This document shows, one piece after another, positions 29,462 to 44,418 of a stretch of 64,000 bases of DNA. The stretch is taken from the NCBI GenBank assembly GCA_012295275.1, contig CM022672.1, positions 19,840,001 to 19,904,000 on the forward strand, given 5' to 3'. Source of the stretch: Chrysomallon squamiferum (lineage: Eukaryota > Animalia > Mollusca). The translations under genes and the position numbers were made by a program. The first letter of the stretch is position 1. Every line of letters begins with the position of its first letter. The notes beneath the pieces were generated by a model. It was not told where the DNA came from, made no database searches, and was given only the letters and a program-made list of their open reading frames with translations.

Positions 29462-31801
29462 AATTTCTTAAACAAGAAAAAATGTATTTACCAATTTTAA
29501 GTTGCCGGGTTTAAATTACAATCTGCGCTCTGTTGAAAGCGAAATATTGATTTTTCGAGTTGTTATTAATTTTTTATATTTTACGAAATACCCTGGATGC
29601 GAAGTCTTTCATTAAAATGAAATGTATTCCCTTCGGAAACAAGAGTAAATATTTATTTTTTTTTTTTTGCATAAGTAAAAGCAACTCTCATTATGTTTCT
29701 CTCGTTATCTCTATTTTGTCCTTGTTTTTCTGTCGTTATTATTTCTCTTAGGCTAATTCTCTTTTTTTCTACACTCTTTCCGTTCTTTCGTTCTCTCTAA
29801 CTATAAAGCATTTTATCTCTTTCGCTGGTTCTCGCTCATTTTATGTTTCTCTGGCTACAGAAGCTCTATATTTTTCAACCTACTTTTCATTAATCAATAA
29901 AAAAAGAAGAAAAAAAGTACTATAGCTTCTATTACCATTACAACCACAACCACTGTCAAAACTGTTATTACTACATATAATACTAATATTACAGTTACAT
30001 GTCTATAATTACAGAAAAGGAAAGAAACATCCAATATTATCTGTGAAAAAAAAAAAAAATAATAATTAATTTCGTAACAAAGAAATATATAAACGGTTTG
30101 AAAAAATAGGTGTTCAAGGAGTTTTAGTCACCCCTTAAAAGTCAGAAATATGTATATAGTTGCATAAGCAGATCGATTTATAAAATCATTTCGATAACGG
30201 TGAATCTAGTGAGTTCACCAGCAGGTGAGACAAAAAGGCCAAAACACGCGACATCTTGCGCAACCCTGTCTGAAATACGTCAAAATCAATGTCGTGCACA
30301 GACCTTTCAGTTTCTAATTTCACGTCGCCTGTAGGAGAATGGGGCAATTAACTGTTTTCATACAGCAACGAGTCCAGCAGGAAACCGCTGGATGATAACT
30401 GATTCAAAAATACATAATCAACATTGTTAGAGACATTACGGTATTATATTTGTATCAGAGTATCGATTTGCAAAAACGTTGCTAAGTTCGTTACTGCAGT
30501 ATATTTCATGTATAATATAACCAGATGCGATATCTTTTAAAAGTATAACACGAGCTCAATTTAGAATGTAAATAGGATGGAAATATGAAATATTGTAACC
30601 AAACTAGTATAGTGTCAGTGAGAAATGAACTTGTCAGAATTCCTTAAGAAGTTAATTAACGTGTGTCCTATTTCCCCACACACACACACACACACAGACA
30701 GTATATAAGTTAATTAGTGCGCTAGACAGAGTAATGTTTCGATGTTTTTGTGTGTCGTCTTCAAAGAGTTCGTTAATCTGAGGAACTGGGATGGTGTTAC
30801 TGTCGTTACCAATAACACTGACGTTGTTTTAATAGCCGGATGTGGAAGGGTTTGAGTGCACGCGTTCGCGAGAGTTTGGTAGAGAACGAGAGAGTTTGGT
30901 AGAGAACGAGAGAAAGAAAGAAAGAATTTCAGAGGATTATAGACGCGGGCGGAATAAGAGAGAAACAGATAATCACTGAGAAAGAATGTGGCGTTTGTCT
31001 GTGTCTGTGTACGTCTGTAAATAAGTCTGTAAGTGTGAGTGTATGAGAAAAAGAAAAAGATTCGGTGAGGAAGCAAAAACGTACAGACATGCGAGAAAAG
31101 AGTAAGAAAGAGAAAGTAAGAACAACAACGAGAATTATGCATCGCGCCGACGATTATGCATCTGAATGTGCATGTCTGAATTTGTTTATGAATGCGTTTC
31201 ATTGAGAAAGATATTTGTTATGTTGGTTTTTTTTTCTTTCTTTTTTTCACCAACCTTTTTCTTTTAATTATGTACATAACTCGTTGTGCTACACTTTAAC
31301 ACAAGGTCAGAACGTCTATCTTCATGACTTGATATATGTAAATACTTTTAACAGAATAATTTCTGTGGGTAATTTTAAACTGCAGTAACGAACTTAGCAA
31401 TATCCATAACCAGGCCACTTCACAAGACAAAGGATTTTTCTCGTTTTCTTTTCTTCTTTTGTGTTGTTAAAAACACAGGTTGAAAATCGAAAAAAGAACA
31501 ACGTGGGAAAAACCTTGACTAACCACGAGGTATTTGTGAATCAACGGGAAATGTAAATATAACCGCTCAACTTTGGAAAAGAAAACACTTCTTAACTTTT
31601 ATTCTGCTTAAGAGAAGCAAGCAGTCTGATCGCACCGTGTATTTGTATTTTATTTTGAGATTTCTAACTTCGTATTATCGAATAGAGATTTCGTATGGAA
31701 ATTTAGATAGTATATCAATTATATTAGTACTATCATTTAAGATTCACTTAATGTTTTTCAGTAATATATGACTGAATATATAAAGAAGCATACATGCATG
31801 C

Positions 31802-31834
<33 letters not shown>

Positions 31835-32222
31835 GATAGATATAGATATAGATATACTCATTAATATATAGATAGATAGATAGATAGATATACTCATTAA
31901 TACATATATATATACATACAGACATACTCATTCATACATATATATATAAATATATATATATATACATAGAAACATACATGCATACAGATAAACAGACAGA
32001 CACGTACATACTACATTCATTCATTCATTCATTCATTCATTCATTCATAAAGAATTACGAATATGAATATACATACATTTTTTTCCGTTCGTTTATCAGT
32101 AAATACACACACACACATATATATATCAGAGAATGAAATTAAGAAAATGAAATTAAAAGTTAAACAGAAAAAAAACGACATTAAGATTTACTTTCCGCAT
32201 AAGAAAGAACAATGGACGTTAC

Positions 32223-32298
32223 CTAACGCATCACTGAATTCGTCAAATCCTGTTGTCTGTTCCGGGATAAGTTCCCATCGACCAACGAATTTTTCCAT
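32223..32298 (-). CDS. FABP-B coding exon 1 (MEKFVGRWELIPEQTTGFDEFSDAL-G)
   Basis: ATG at 32298; 76 nt; phase-1 donor GTAACG; carries the FABP N-terminal F-x-G-x-W-x-L motif. Confidence 0.9.
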
Positions 32299-32440
32299 GA
32301 TCAGTCAGAAGACCCACAAGTACCGCAAACAACCGACTCGTATATTTGTTGTTCAGCGTTGCGTCTGGTTGTGCTTCCAGCGAAGTGAAATGATTTTGCG
32401 GTTTGTTCCCGGCGTAAAATAAATGCCAGGAAACAGATTC

Positions 32441-32493
<53 letters not shown>

Positions 32494-33931
32494 CTTAGAG
32501 ACGTAGACTTGATTTAGTCTCTTTAAATATTTTATGACGTGAAATGGGACTCCTCAGAAAGTTAATTTTATGATTAATCACATGTGTTAATTGACAGCGA
32601 TTTCAGTACTCGACACGGATTCTTCTCGTTCTTTTCTCCCTTCTCTTTCCTAATATATCTCGGGATTTTACGTCTGGCTCGGAAAAGACGACGCGAAGTC
32701 TACATTTGTTACGAATTACGCTAAGTGGCTTTTCGGATGTTAATATTTGCATGAATAGATGTCGAACAGCTAGCTATGCTTGCATATTTATGGGAAATCG
32801 CTCATGTCAAAAATGACTCTTATCGTCGAATTTTTGAATGGCTGGTGAATAAATTTTTCCAAATATAGAAATTTTTCTGCTGGCGTAATCCGCAATAGAT
32901 TGTGAGTCACTGGTCACATAAATATTTTATTGATAGTTATTAATGGGGCCAGATGTCTCGAATCATAAGTTTATGCTGTCAAACTATTCGAAACTAATAA
33001 TATGTGTGTGAAAAGTATTTAAAATATGTTGTAACAGGCCCGACAGTGTTTCCGGGAAACAAAATGGTCGAATTAAAAGACGCACAAACGAAAGAAAGCA
33101 TGGGTGTGTAGAAACGAACGATCGAAAGTACGAATGACTGGATGAATAAAGGAACGAATAAGATGAACAGAAGAGCTAATAATTGGACGAACGAACGAAC
33201 GAACGAACTGGATGAATAAAGGAACGAATAAGATGAACAGAAGAGCTAATAATGATTGAACGAATGAACGAACGAACGAACGAAAGAATTACACAATGAA
33301 TAAAGGAACTAATAATGGGATCAACTGTTAAATAACGAGACGAGCGAAAGAAATAATGATTGGACGAATGAATGAATGAACGAACGAACGAATGCATTAA
33401 TGAAAAAATGAATGACTAAATGAATAACAAAAAATAAAAAAAACTAACTAATTATTGGATGAATGACAAAATTCAAAGATACATCAATCCATTCTTATAT
33501 CAACCATCATTATTCCATTTGTCAGTTCATTTACTGAAATATGTATGTGTATTGTGTGTTTGAGTGTGTCTGTCTGTCTGTCTGTCTGTGTGTCTGTCTG
33601 TGTCTGTAATTATTCATAGTTTTACATCTAAATGTTTCGTATTAACTTATACACGCTTATATACACGAATACATTACTGTGTCGGACATATTAAAATACC
33701 TGGCAGTCTGCCTTTGGCCTTTTTCCCAAATTCATCGTGTATGGCTTTTATCAAGCCTCTCAGGAAAAGATAAAAAACACAACAAATTACGTGCTTATAA
33801 CAACGAGCTTTTTCTCAAACATCGTTTGAAATTATTCACGTTTTAATTAACATACAGGAATATTTGAATTAAATTTTTTTTTTTTTTTTTTTTATTTGTA
33901 TTTAGTTATAATGATGATGATGATGATGATT

Positions 33932-33986
<55 letters not shown>

Positions 33987-34552
33987 TGATTTTAATAATA
34001 ATATGTATTTTTCTGTCTCTTTTCTTCTCTTTCTGTCTTTCTTATTCTCTGTCTCACTTTCATTTTTATTTTTTTATTTCTCTCTGCTTTTCTCTCTTTT
34101 TCTCTCTCTCTCTCTTTCTTCCTCTGTCGCTCTCTTTCTTCTCTTTCACTTTTTTCTTACTGTGTCTCTGTCTTTCCACACATCTCTGCTGACGTCTCCA
34201 CTCTGTTTCTAACGCTCTCGTTCTCTCTGTCCCTCTGTCATTTTGTCTATCTCTCTCTCTCTCTCACTTTCTCTCTCTCCATGCAGAGTTTCCCTCTCTC
34301 TTCATTTTAAACTCGTCATTTTCTGTGCTTCCTGTTACTCAAAAGAATGTTATTTAATTAAGAATAATATTCATGCTTTCGACACATAACAGCATATGTT
34401 ACGCTAAAAGATTAAAATCTTGCTAGCGTTCCCATTGCGACATCTGTACTTCAAAGTTTTCATCAACGAAAAAAAAAAAAAAAAAAAAAAAGATATGATC
34501 TCTAAAATCATTCAATAATAAAAGTCTTATTTCTTTTCTTTTTTGTTTCTAT

Positions 34553-34592
<40 letters not shown>

Positions 34593-37534
34593 TTTGTTTA
34601 TTCATTTATTATAACAGTAATAATTTCGTTCTTTTTTGCATTATTACTTTTTTTCGTACAAAGTAGGAAAGAAAATATTAACTTAATACTGTTGTGCTTT
34701 CCTAACGTTCATTTATTTTTTATAATAATGATGATGATGGTTTAAAGATTCAACAAAAAATGCTTGTTTTATACGCACTCACAAATACACACACACACAT
34801 ACACACACACTCACACATAAACATACATATACAAATACATTGCATATACACATACATGCATACAGATACACACACACACATATATATACATACATACATA
34901 CATACATATATTAAATAAACAAACATACATACATATATTAAATAAGCAAAAAGAATTAAACAAGTAAATTAATAAAGAAACAAACAAATATAAAATCGCT
35001 CTTTTTTCTTTTTCTTTTTTTTTTTTCTTTTATTTTACCCGCTATTTCTCTATTTTGCACTTTCTCTATTTTGCACTTTCTCTATCTCCTTCTCTCACGC
35101 CCTTCTCTCTTCTTCAGTTACACTCTCAGTTTTACGTCTAATTATGTTTGCGACGAGAACGAACAAATCATTGTCAACATTTCAGTATCTACTCCAATAA
35201 ACAACATTATACGAAGATAAAACTTTCAACAAACCACGCCACGTTGAGTCTGTGCAGTTAGAAAGAAATAAAAATAGAAAGAAAGAAACTAAAAAAAACT
35301 CCCCCAAAACCCCCAGGATTTCTGGATGGATGGAAACGGAAAAATTTGCTGTTAGATTCATTGGTACGTGAAGAGGAACGGTTATTTCTACGTACGAATG
35401 TTTGAACCAATCAGTGAAGCAATAAATTGATCAATTAATCAGTTAATTACTGGCTATTTTTACAAAACACAAGAGAGTAAGCAAGAGTTGAAAAAAAAAA
35501 ATTGCTATGAAAGTGTGGGATCTCTGAGGGATATAAACAATCTTTGAGCCACAGGATTCATATTCCAAGTGTTGTTTTTTGTTGTATTGTTCCCTAATTT
35601 ATCCAAAAATCTTCTTAAATTATTATTAATTATAACATAAAGTATGGGTCGCGCACAGAAAGTGTTGAATAATTTCACATCGGAAGATCATAACAGACCG
35701 ATCTTTTTATGCTTTAATTTAACGTTCACAGTTCTATAAATGGGCACAGTCTTTCGTGAAATATTCAGAAGCCTTGGAAAATATTTTAACTTTTAAATTG
35801 AAATTCTAAAAAACAAAAAAAATAAAAAAATTATAATAAATATAGAAGCCATAACAACAACAACAATACTGTAAATAAATAAACAAATCAGAGACTGTTT
35901 TTCTAAGTGAATGGGCAGATATACTTAAAATGAATTAAAGGAAATTATATCATACGCAGAAATATTCAAAGAATGTAAAATAATTGTTTTTGTTGTTGTT
36001 ATTTTTTGGGGAGGTTGAGGGTTTGGTTTGTTGGGTTGTTGGGGGGGGTATTATTCATTTTTACTTATACTTCCACTTTTGTTTTATTTTGATTATTACT
36101 ACACATAATTTTCTGAATTTCTTTCAAGACACACTTCGGACTCAGTCTGATAAAACTTTTGTATACTTATCGCAAAAATTTCAATATGTTTCCTAAATAT
36201 TGGTATTAATACTTCTTTTTTAATAGCCGTCTATCGAGTGAGATGTTGTAAACGTCAGTTCTTTCTTGGTATGTGTCGACGAATTGCGTCCCCTTACAAG
36301 TTTATTTGTTACCTTACTAGATTTGAAAACATTCTACAATGAGCTAGGTCTGTACAACAGGGATGTCTGGCTTGTTTGATATGGCGGGCAGCATTTAATA
36401 CAAATAAATTGTATATTTTTACCTTACTAATACACTCAGAAAGACAGATGCACTAAAAGACACACAGACAAAGATACACACACACACACAAATACATTCA
36501 TGCAAACTTGTGTATGTGTTTTTTATTTTTTGTATCATTATTATTATATTTTTTTATTTACTTTTGTTTGTTGTTTTTTTGTTGTTTTGCTGTGGGTTGT
36601 TCTTGCTATTTGCTGCTTTTTTTTTAAATTTTAGTGGGTTGGGTTTTTTTAATTTTTATTTTATTATTATTTTTTTTTTTTTTTATATATATATATATAT
36701 ATATTTATTATTATTATTTTTTTTTTTTTTTTGTTCCGCCTGATTTTTTTTTTTTGGGGGAGGGAATTAGTTCATTTATCTTTTTTCTTTTTTTACTGTC
36801 CACTATATCTGTTACATATAAAAAAAAAAATGTTCCTTTATCCTTACAGTCTAGCGTGGAAACAAATACCTGTGCATTGGCTAAATAAACTTTTAAACTC
36901 TCGTAAATAACACGATACAGACTGAATGGCTTTGTACTGTCTCGACCGAAAACAGACACCTCAGTTTGTTACTCCGCTACCCGAGGTCTCGCCTAAAACA
37001 AGTGTTGTCATCCCGTCGTGTTTCAAGTGTTATCAGTCCGCCACGATAACAGACGCTGTTCCTGGATAATCAGATGATCTAAAGAGTAAACTGATGGAAA
37101 TTCATAAAAGTATTTCAAATATTTTGTCAATTAGCTGTGGTTTTATTTGTTACTTGCTAAGAATAAGGTGGCGTGCATATGGTTTTAATCGATATATTCT
37201 TTTTTTTCTTTTTTTTTAAATAAATTTACTTTTTTTTTTCTTTCTTTTCTTTTTTTTTTTTTTTGTTGTTGTTGTTGTTGCTGTTATTGTATCAAAAGAT
37301 TTTTTTTATAATGGCAGATTTTCTTGTGGCTGATTTTTTTTTGTTTTTTTTTACATTGGTTGCTAAGTATTACTGCATAAACAAATCAACGTTTAAATGT
37401 TACTGTGTCAAGATACTGGGTAAATTTCATTTTGATCGATAAATATATATTATCTGTATAATTATGTGTGGTGTATGTATGTTTCTGCGCATGCGCGCGC
37501 GCGTGTGTGTGTGTGTGTGTGTGTAGAGCTAAGA

Positions 37535-37816
37535 GAAGAATTAATATTTATTTAACGGCTACAAACACTAATTATTATTAACATCTATCTGCGAGTAAGC
37601 ATATTCATTTATATTATATAATTTTAATTCTGTCGCCACATACTGGGTATATTTTACTGCTAAACAACAATCGATCTTTTTCTACAAGAAAGCATGTTAC
37701 ACGACGTTTGATAAATCGGTCGTTCTCAAAGTGAAAACAACCCAGTGGGGACAACGTGCCCCTTTCTGATCTGCAGACTAAACATCCAAGGGTATTCGAT
37801 GGTGTTAACTGAACTG
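37535..37816 (-). mobile_element. Decayed SINE copy
   Basis: Tail TTTATTTAACG...AACAC is shared with 47820-47860; core TGTCGCCACATACTGGGTAT...GATCTTTT. Confidence 0.4.
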
Positions 37817-38149
37817 CCTAGAAGGTTTCCGCCAAACTTGTGTCTGGATTGCATTCTACAATCTAGACAGAACAAATTCAGTTTAAATATTTACACGCAC
37901 TGAAATATCTACTAGTTATACTTGAGTTGGATAAGAAGGTCATTAGTTCAATACACGGCTGACATTTAAAACACCAGCCAACAAAAGCGACGGTTTTGTT
38001 TATTTGTTATTTTATTTTTTGTTCTGAATGACTAGCGTTGAGATAGGTTTCTTGAATTGCAAACGAACTGAATAGCTGAATGAATGAATGGATGGATGGA
38101 TGAATGGGTAAATATTTAATTATACCCCAACTTTTATCAATAATTACAG

Positions 38150-38300
38150 TCATATACTTCTTGCTTAATGAATATATATTTCAGCCAACAGATATTATTG
38201 TTTAATAGCAGCATGGAATCTTTAATATGCACCTTCTTATAGGCGGCTAAACATACCATTGATGTTTTATTTACCAGACATAACAGACTAGCTAGAACGG
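38150..38300 (-). mobile_element. Decayed SINE fragment, same family as 54800-55010
   Basis: Shares the core GTGCATATTAAAGATTCCATGCTGCTA on the minus strand. Confidence 0.5.
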
Positions 38301-39071
38301 GATATAGCCTTAAAAGGAGCATCATAATTGTGTGTTTAAAAAGGACAGTAATGAGATCTCAGTCCCCAGTCTTCAGAAATACACAAATAAAATACTGTGT
38401 TAAAAATTAATATTTACAAACTAATACTGGTAAGTTTACATTGTGAGTGTAAATATTTGTACGTACATTTTTTGCATTTCATTTCTTATGATAGTCACAG
38501 TAAATATAGTTATTAAAGGTTTTTGAGTAATGATTTGTCAATGTCTACATCATATCATATATAGAGATAGAGGAGATACATGCATACATACATACATGTA
38601 GACATATATACACATACACACACACCTATATTTACACACATACACACAGATATTATATGTGCACGTATGTACGTACGTACGTATGTATGTATGATTGTAT
38701 GTATGTATGTATGTATGTAAATATGTATATACACATGATACAACATCGATAAATCAATATTCTTACAGAGAAGTACGCCGCTTTACATTTATTAGTACAC
38801 ACAGGACAAATGTGACGTATAAATCTATATATCAGTTTTAATGTGTAATACATATATGACATACCATACTAAATATTTTATTAACCCGAGGCTTGTAACT
38901 GACTGCAAATATAAAACGATCCCAGTAGGCATGTCCATGTTTGTGGATATGGCTTGAATAATACGTACGTATAGACAGAAAAACAAATATACGGATATGT
39001 AGACAGATAAACAGACAGACAGAGGCATATATACGTGCATTCATAGATTAAACACACGGATAATGTTAACA

Positions 39072-39128
<57 letters not shown>

Positions 39129-39681
39129 TATTTTTATTTATTATTATTTTTGTTGTTGTTGCTGTTGTTGTTGTTGTTATTGTTGTAGTTATTGTTATAT
39201 TTATTGTTGCTGTTGTTGTTATCATCATCATCGTCACCATCATCATTATCATCGTCATCGACAAAAATAACAAACGAAGATTATGTTTTTAAATGTCTAG
39301 CTAAAATTGTTTAATATTTATCATCAGGTTCTATTCTACTCACATTTTCTCAGAAAAAAAAAAAAAAAAAAAAAAAAATTCTCCGAGGCAAATTTTAAAA
39401 ATGAAATGTGTAAAATGATGACTGGACTGGCTTTCTTGGCATCTCTTAAAGATTACTTTGTTTTCTTAGTCACCCACTCTGATGATTTCAAATTAAAAAG
39501 TATAATTAAATGAAAACACAACTGAAAGAAAGATACAAAAGCGATGAAAGAAAAAAAAAAGTTAAAAATTTATTTTTGCATTAATTAAAGCACTGTGGCG
39601 TTATCCCTTTTCTGTTAGACACTGGTTACATGTTTACATAGTTTTTAAATTTTTAAATTTCGAAGTCATTAGATTTCACAT

Positions 39682-39732
39682 TTAAATCTTCTTCAGAACC
39701 TGTACCATGGTAACGCCATCAATCGTTGATGT
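39682..39732 (-). CDS. FABP-A coding exon 4 (TSTIDGVTMVQVLKKI*)
   Basis: Acceptor actttcag; 51 nt ending in TAA. Confidence 0.92.
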   Translation of the reverse strand, partial: TSTIDGVTMVQVLKKI

Positions 39733-40069
39733 CTGAAAGTAAAGTATATAAGTCGTTTATTCAACATAATTTTATTACTGACGAATAATAATACTACGTG
39801 AAATATACTCAGCAATGATAATGAAATAATTATTGTATGTTGTAACTACAATTCAGTGAGGACTGGAATCATTAACATTAAAAAAAGAATACTAGTGTTA
39901 CATGTGCATATATCTGTATATCTATCCACACACACACTTAATAGAATCAACTGAATGACTGTATACAAATAGCCAAATCTGACAAAGAGCAGTACCGAAC
40001 ACAACATTGTGAGAAAATACTTCTAGTGGAACGTATGCGATACAATAAATTAAGTTTGAATACTGTACA

Positions 40070-40310
40070 GAACTATGAATGTAATATATTATAGGTAACT
40101 ATGAATACAATGTATTTCAGATAACTATGAATACAATATACTATGAATATAATTACTATGTAATGAATATTACAGGTATCTATGAAAGCAATATGCTATT
40201 GCTAACTATGAACGAAATATATTACTAGTAGTTATGAATACATATAACGCAACATATGCAGTATGTTACAGGTAATAACACAACTAATATCTTAGGTATG
40301 ACTATGAATC
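40070..40310. repeat. Degenerate ~28-bp tandem repeat in FABP-A intron 3
   Basis: Recurring AACTATGAA-(T/C)ACAAT core. Confidence 0.6.
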
Positions 40311-40324
40311 CGAACTTCACTTAC

Positions 40325-40432
40325 CGCTGTCATTTTATCTCCTTCCACCTTTCTGGTAGTTTTCCATTTTCTGTTGGACTCTTCTAGATTGTAAGACTCC
40401 ACACTTTCCTCTCCTTCTTCAGTTATTGTCAG
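40325..40432 (-). CDS. FABP-A coding exon 3
   Basis: Acceptor cttcag; 108 nt; ends WKTTRKVEGDKMTA; donor GTAAGT. Confidence 0.94.
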
Positions 40433-40799
40433 CTGAAGTCGAAATTATTAGCGAGTACAAAGAACGACTTATTTCCTAACATTATTATCAAATGGCGTAC
40501 GGGCCGATTACGACAGAAGACCTACACAAAACATTTTTAAACTGAAATCTTAATTTTTTAGATTGTAAGACTACAGTTTTATCTGCTTCTTCAGTTATTG
40601 TCAACTGAAATTAAATTAAATTAAATTACGGGCTAGAAGAAAGAACAATAGCTCCAAGTAAAATATTTTTTATTTTGATTTTTTTTTTTTTAATATAACA
40701 ATAGGATTCAATTAATAACTGTTAGAGAATTAATGTATTTTAAAAAATTAAGAAATGGAGAGAAAATGTACACGTTTAGAACAAGTGTTTCACTCTTAC

Positions 40800-40975
40800 C
40801 TTAGGCTTTGTTCCGTCTAGTGCGTTGTAATCGATGGTTTCTCCCAGTTTGAACTTGTACGTCTGGGGATCTCGGCCAACGATGGACGCGACTGTGGTGT
40901 ATGTGTCTCCATCCTTGGACAGCTCCAGAGTGTAGTCGATGTTTTTGTAACCCTCGATGTCTTTATCTTGATAAC
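40800..40975 (-). CDS. FABP-A coding exon 2
   Basis: Acceptor tttttcaag; 176 nt; KDGDTY and FKLGE...DG motifs; donor GTAAGA. Confidence 0.95.
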
Positions 40976-41550
40976 CTTGAAAAATACAAAACAACATTAG
41001 AATCGATAAAAAAATAATCTGAATCAAAATTTAATTTTATTTTTTAATTTATTATTTTTTATTATAATCATTATTATTCTATATTCTGCCTGTAATATTT
41101 TTTTTTTTTTTCTGGTCAGAATTTTTTTATTTTATTATATGTTTTTTCAATCCTTGTGACTATATATTAACATATACTCCGAATTTACCATTGTTTTTAA
41201 CACCATAGCACAGCTTGTAGAAATACAGAGGGCGTGTCGTGTTAAATATGTCAATATTGTTGCAGGTGAAATTTAATACGTTTCACAGTGTTTATGTTTT
41301 AAATATTTTATCTAATTTAGATAAGCTGTGTTTATATTACCAAGCAAAACCTTGCTTTTGTAAAGAAAAAAAAAAAATGTAGAAATGTTTTTTATATATT
41401 CTACAACACTGGATTGTGAATCAACAGTTTCATTATTCAAAAGTCCTTACTTTTGCTCAGTGGTATATATGATCTTGTGATGTTATATTATCAAATGGTT
41501 AAAATATCCGTATTTTCCTTTCAAGTAAAATAATAATAATAATAATAATA

Positions 41551-41587
<37 letters not shown>

Positions 41588-41961
41588 CACAATCATAATC
41601 ATAATCATAATAATAAAATATTTTATTGGCATTTGTAAACAAATAACGTACACTGGTAGGAACATTGTTGAATCCACCTATGAGCAGACAAAAACGAAAC
41701 TTTACTGAGTTATTTATCACAAATATATCTCTAGTTAGAACATGTCTGAAAATCTTTTTATTACGGCGCAAGTCAGGTTGCTTACTGCACTTTTTATTTC
41801 ATGTTAAGCCATTGTTAGAATCTAGAACAATTTTTTTTTGTGAAACAAAGATAATGATATAATAACTTTATACTCCATGGATATACCATTTTATGTCTTG
41901 CGCCTTATTATTATTATTTTTTTTTTTTTTAGTTGCTTTTCTTTTCCTTTTTCTCTTTAGG

Positions 41962-42004
<43 letters not shown>

Positions 42005-44029
42005 GTTAATACTGAGATATATTTTTATGCTGCTTCTTATTCGAAAATTGTTTAAGTATTCTGTTAATCTATCAAAGTGAATACTTTCAGCATTACAATT
42101 ACAGCCTCGGTTAAGAGAACCTTCAGTGCAGAACTTGAAAGCAAGCTGTCACTCACTGGTCCTCGCTGGTTGCGTGCGCTGAATTTTATCTCGTTCCAGC
42201 CAAGGCCCCGCCCAATGATTTTCAAAGGTTGTTGAATATGCTTTTTGTTATTCGTTTGTTTTTTGTTGTTGTTTCGTTTGTTGGGGGGGGGGGTTGTATT
42301 TTTTTTTTGTTAATATTATTTATCATTTTGTGTTTCAGGATCCCATATCATGTTTCTTTCTTTTGTTACATATGTATCTTAATTATAGAGCGCAAGAACG
42401 TCACATAAATGTATTTAAGCAAATGATTTATTAAGCCCGTTAAAATAAAAAATTTAAAATTTAAAAAATACATTATGGATGTATATTATACATTTCATTC
42501 AAACAAATAGATTTTTTTTTTTTTTTTTTTTTGAACTTCAGTGAAATATCGCCGGTTGTCTACGAATTTAAAACTTCTCTTCGGAGAAAAAAAATTAAAA
42601 TAATAAAGGCTACCCCTCCAAGAAAAAAAAACACAAAAAAAATACAACACCTAGCTTTACAAAGAGCTGTAACAGAGCTATAAAACCCAAGGTCGTAAAA
42701 AGACATTGTCTGAGTAGACCCGATATTCAAGTTTACGATGTGCGATAAATTGTTATGCGTTGCAAGTGTAGACACTAATAAAAAATTTGATTTTAATTCA
42801 CATCTTTCACCGGCAGATAACCTTTCCAAACCATCATGGCATTGTTATATGTGTGGTACTGGGACCATCTCTGATTTCGCTGTGTTAATGAACAAAGTGA
42901 AATTTGGAAAACATGCTTTAAACAGAAAATTGTTATAGCTTGCCTTTCGTAGGCATAATTTCTGTCTTCGTCCTTAAATAAATATGCACAGAAAGGCTCC
43001 TTCGCAGTGTAACATTGTTACCAGTGAAACTTGCTCTGGAAATTATCTGCCCTGAGATAAAATCCGGCATGTTGATTTCTTATCATAATGATTACATTGT
43101 TATAATAGAACGTTTTATAAAGTAAGAACAGATACAGTGTGTGCTGCTGGAATAATCCATCTTAAGTCCTTCAGCTAAGCTCTTTCCCTCTCCATTCATT
43201 CACTGCCCCATGTCTGGTTTATCCAGCATGTCCTTTCTCGTCTCTCTTGGAGCGAGAGCATACAAAACAATAACTTTCTGTTAAACGAAAATATTCGAGT
43301 AACTCAAGGAATTCTTTCTCTCATTACCATTTAGGTTTTGAACTTTAATTATGTGTGGTGTTGTATAAACTTGTAACAAATTAGTGTTGATAAATAAACT
43401 ATTCTTCGTTACATTTATTACATACATCCAAGTATGTAAGACTAGGAGCCTATAAGATCAGTGATTATTTAACTGTGTGTCACCTAGGCCGGTGCATTTG
43501 TATTGCGTCCAAGCAAGTATACTTTAGATAAACTCTGTCGTATCAGACTTTTACTACTACAATTACCCTAATCGTAGAGTCCTCTGTAACCAGCAACGAT
43601 AAAATTTATAATATGATTAGTAATTCGACGCCATGACAGAACTTAGTCTGCGCTATTTATAATTTTTATCTCTTAATTTTAATATGCATATTTGTATTTA
43701 TGAATGCGAATTCCCGTTTATTCATTCAGTCCAGAATAAGTTGTATAACTACTCTGGCATGAATTAGTGTGTATGTGTTTAATGTGTTAAACGTCAATTA
43801 TTTATGTAGCTTTATGGCGAGGTGAAGCTGTTGTTGTTCCTGCAGCTGCTGCTGTTGCTTTGTTTGGATTTTTTCCATTATGATAACATGGGCTCAGAAA
43901 AGCCGCTGAAACCAGTGCACTTTCATCAGATAGCTGAAAATGATCCTGTATAATAACCTTCTCATAGTCGGAACAATACAGAGACACTGGGACAGTGAAT
44001 GCAAAGTGAAGGAGCCCAAAACACTGTGC

Positions 44030-44092
44030 ACTTATTAGGATAGAACCTGCGGTCTATCATGCCTCATACCAGCTCACCGACGACTGAGCTTC
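44030..44092 (-). mobile_element. tRNA-derived SINE head (Pol III A and B boxes)
   Basis: Minus strand reads AGCTCAGTCG (A-box-like) ... GGTTCTATCC (B-box-like) at tRNA-like spacing; no cloverleaf. Confidence 0.45.
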
Positions 44093-44386
44093 AGTGAACA
44101 GTATACTCTTTAAACAGAACGAATGAAGTAACTCAACTTCACGCCGGGTTTATCAAATATTAACTTCACGCAGGGCTCCGGTTAACAGACGATTTAGTAG
44201 TACGAGTTATTATTTTTTCACTGACGTTAAACACTGATAAAACACATCCTTGTATCATTAAAATTTAATTTATTATTCAAACTGCATGTTGTGAATATAA
44301 ATCAACTGCTTTATTATCTATGACCTGACAAATAAAACTCGTTTTTGATGTGTTTTATTCGTTTTATTTAAATTTACAAGACAGAT

Positions 44387-44418
<32 letters not shown>

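Noticed and set aside
30714-31202. 162-aa minus-strand ORF in FABP-B intron 1
   Set aside because: Low-complexity, pyrimidine-rich strand with F/S/L/T bias; it includes a short tandem duplication and shows no coding signature.
44030-44092. Possible tRNA gene
   Set aside because: A- and B-box-like motifs are present, but there is no acceptor stem or anticodon arm. A SINE head explains it better.
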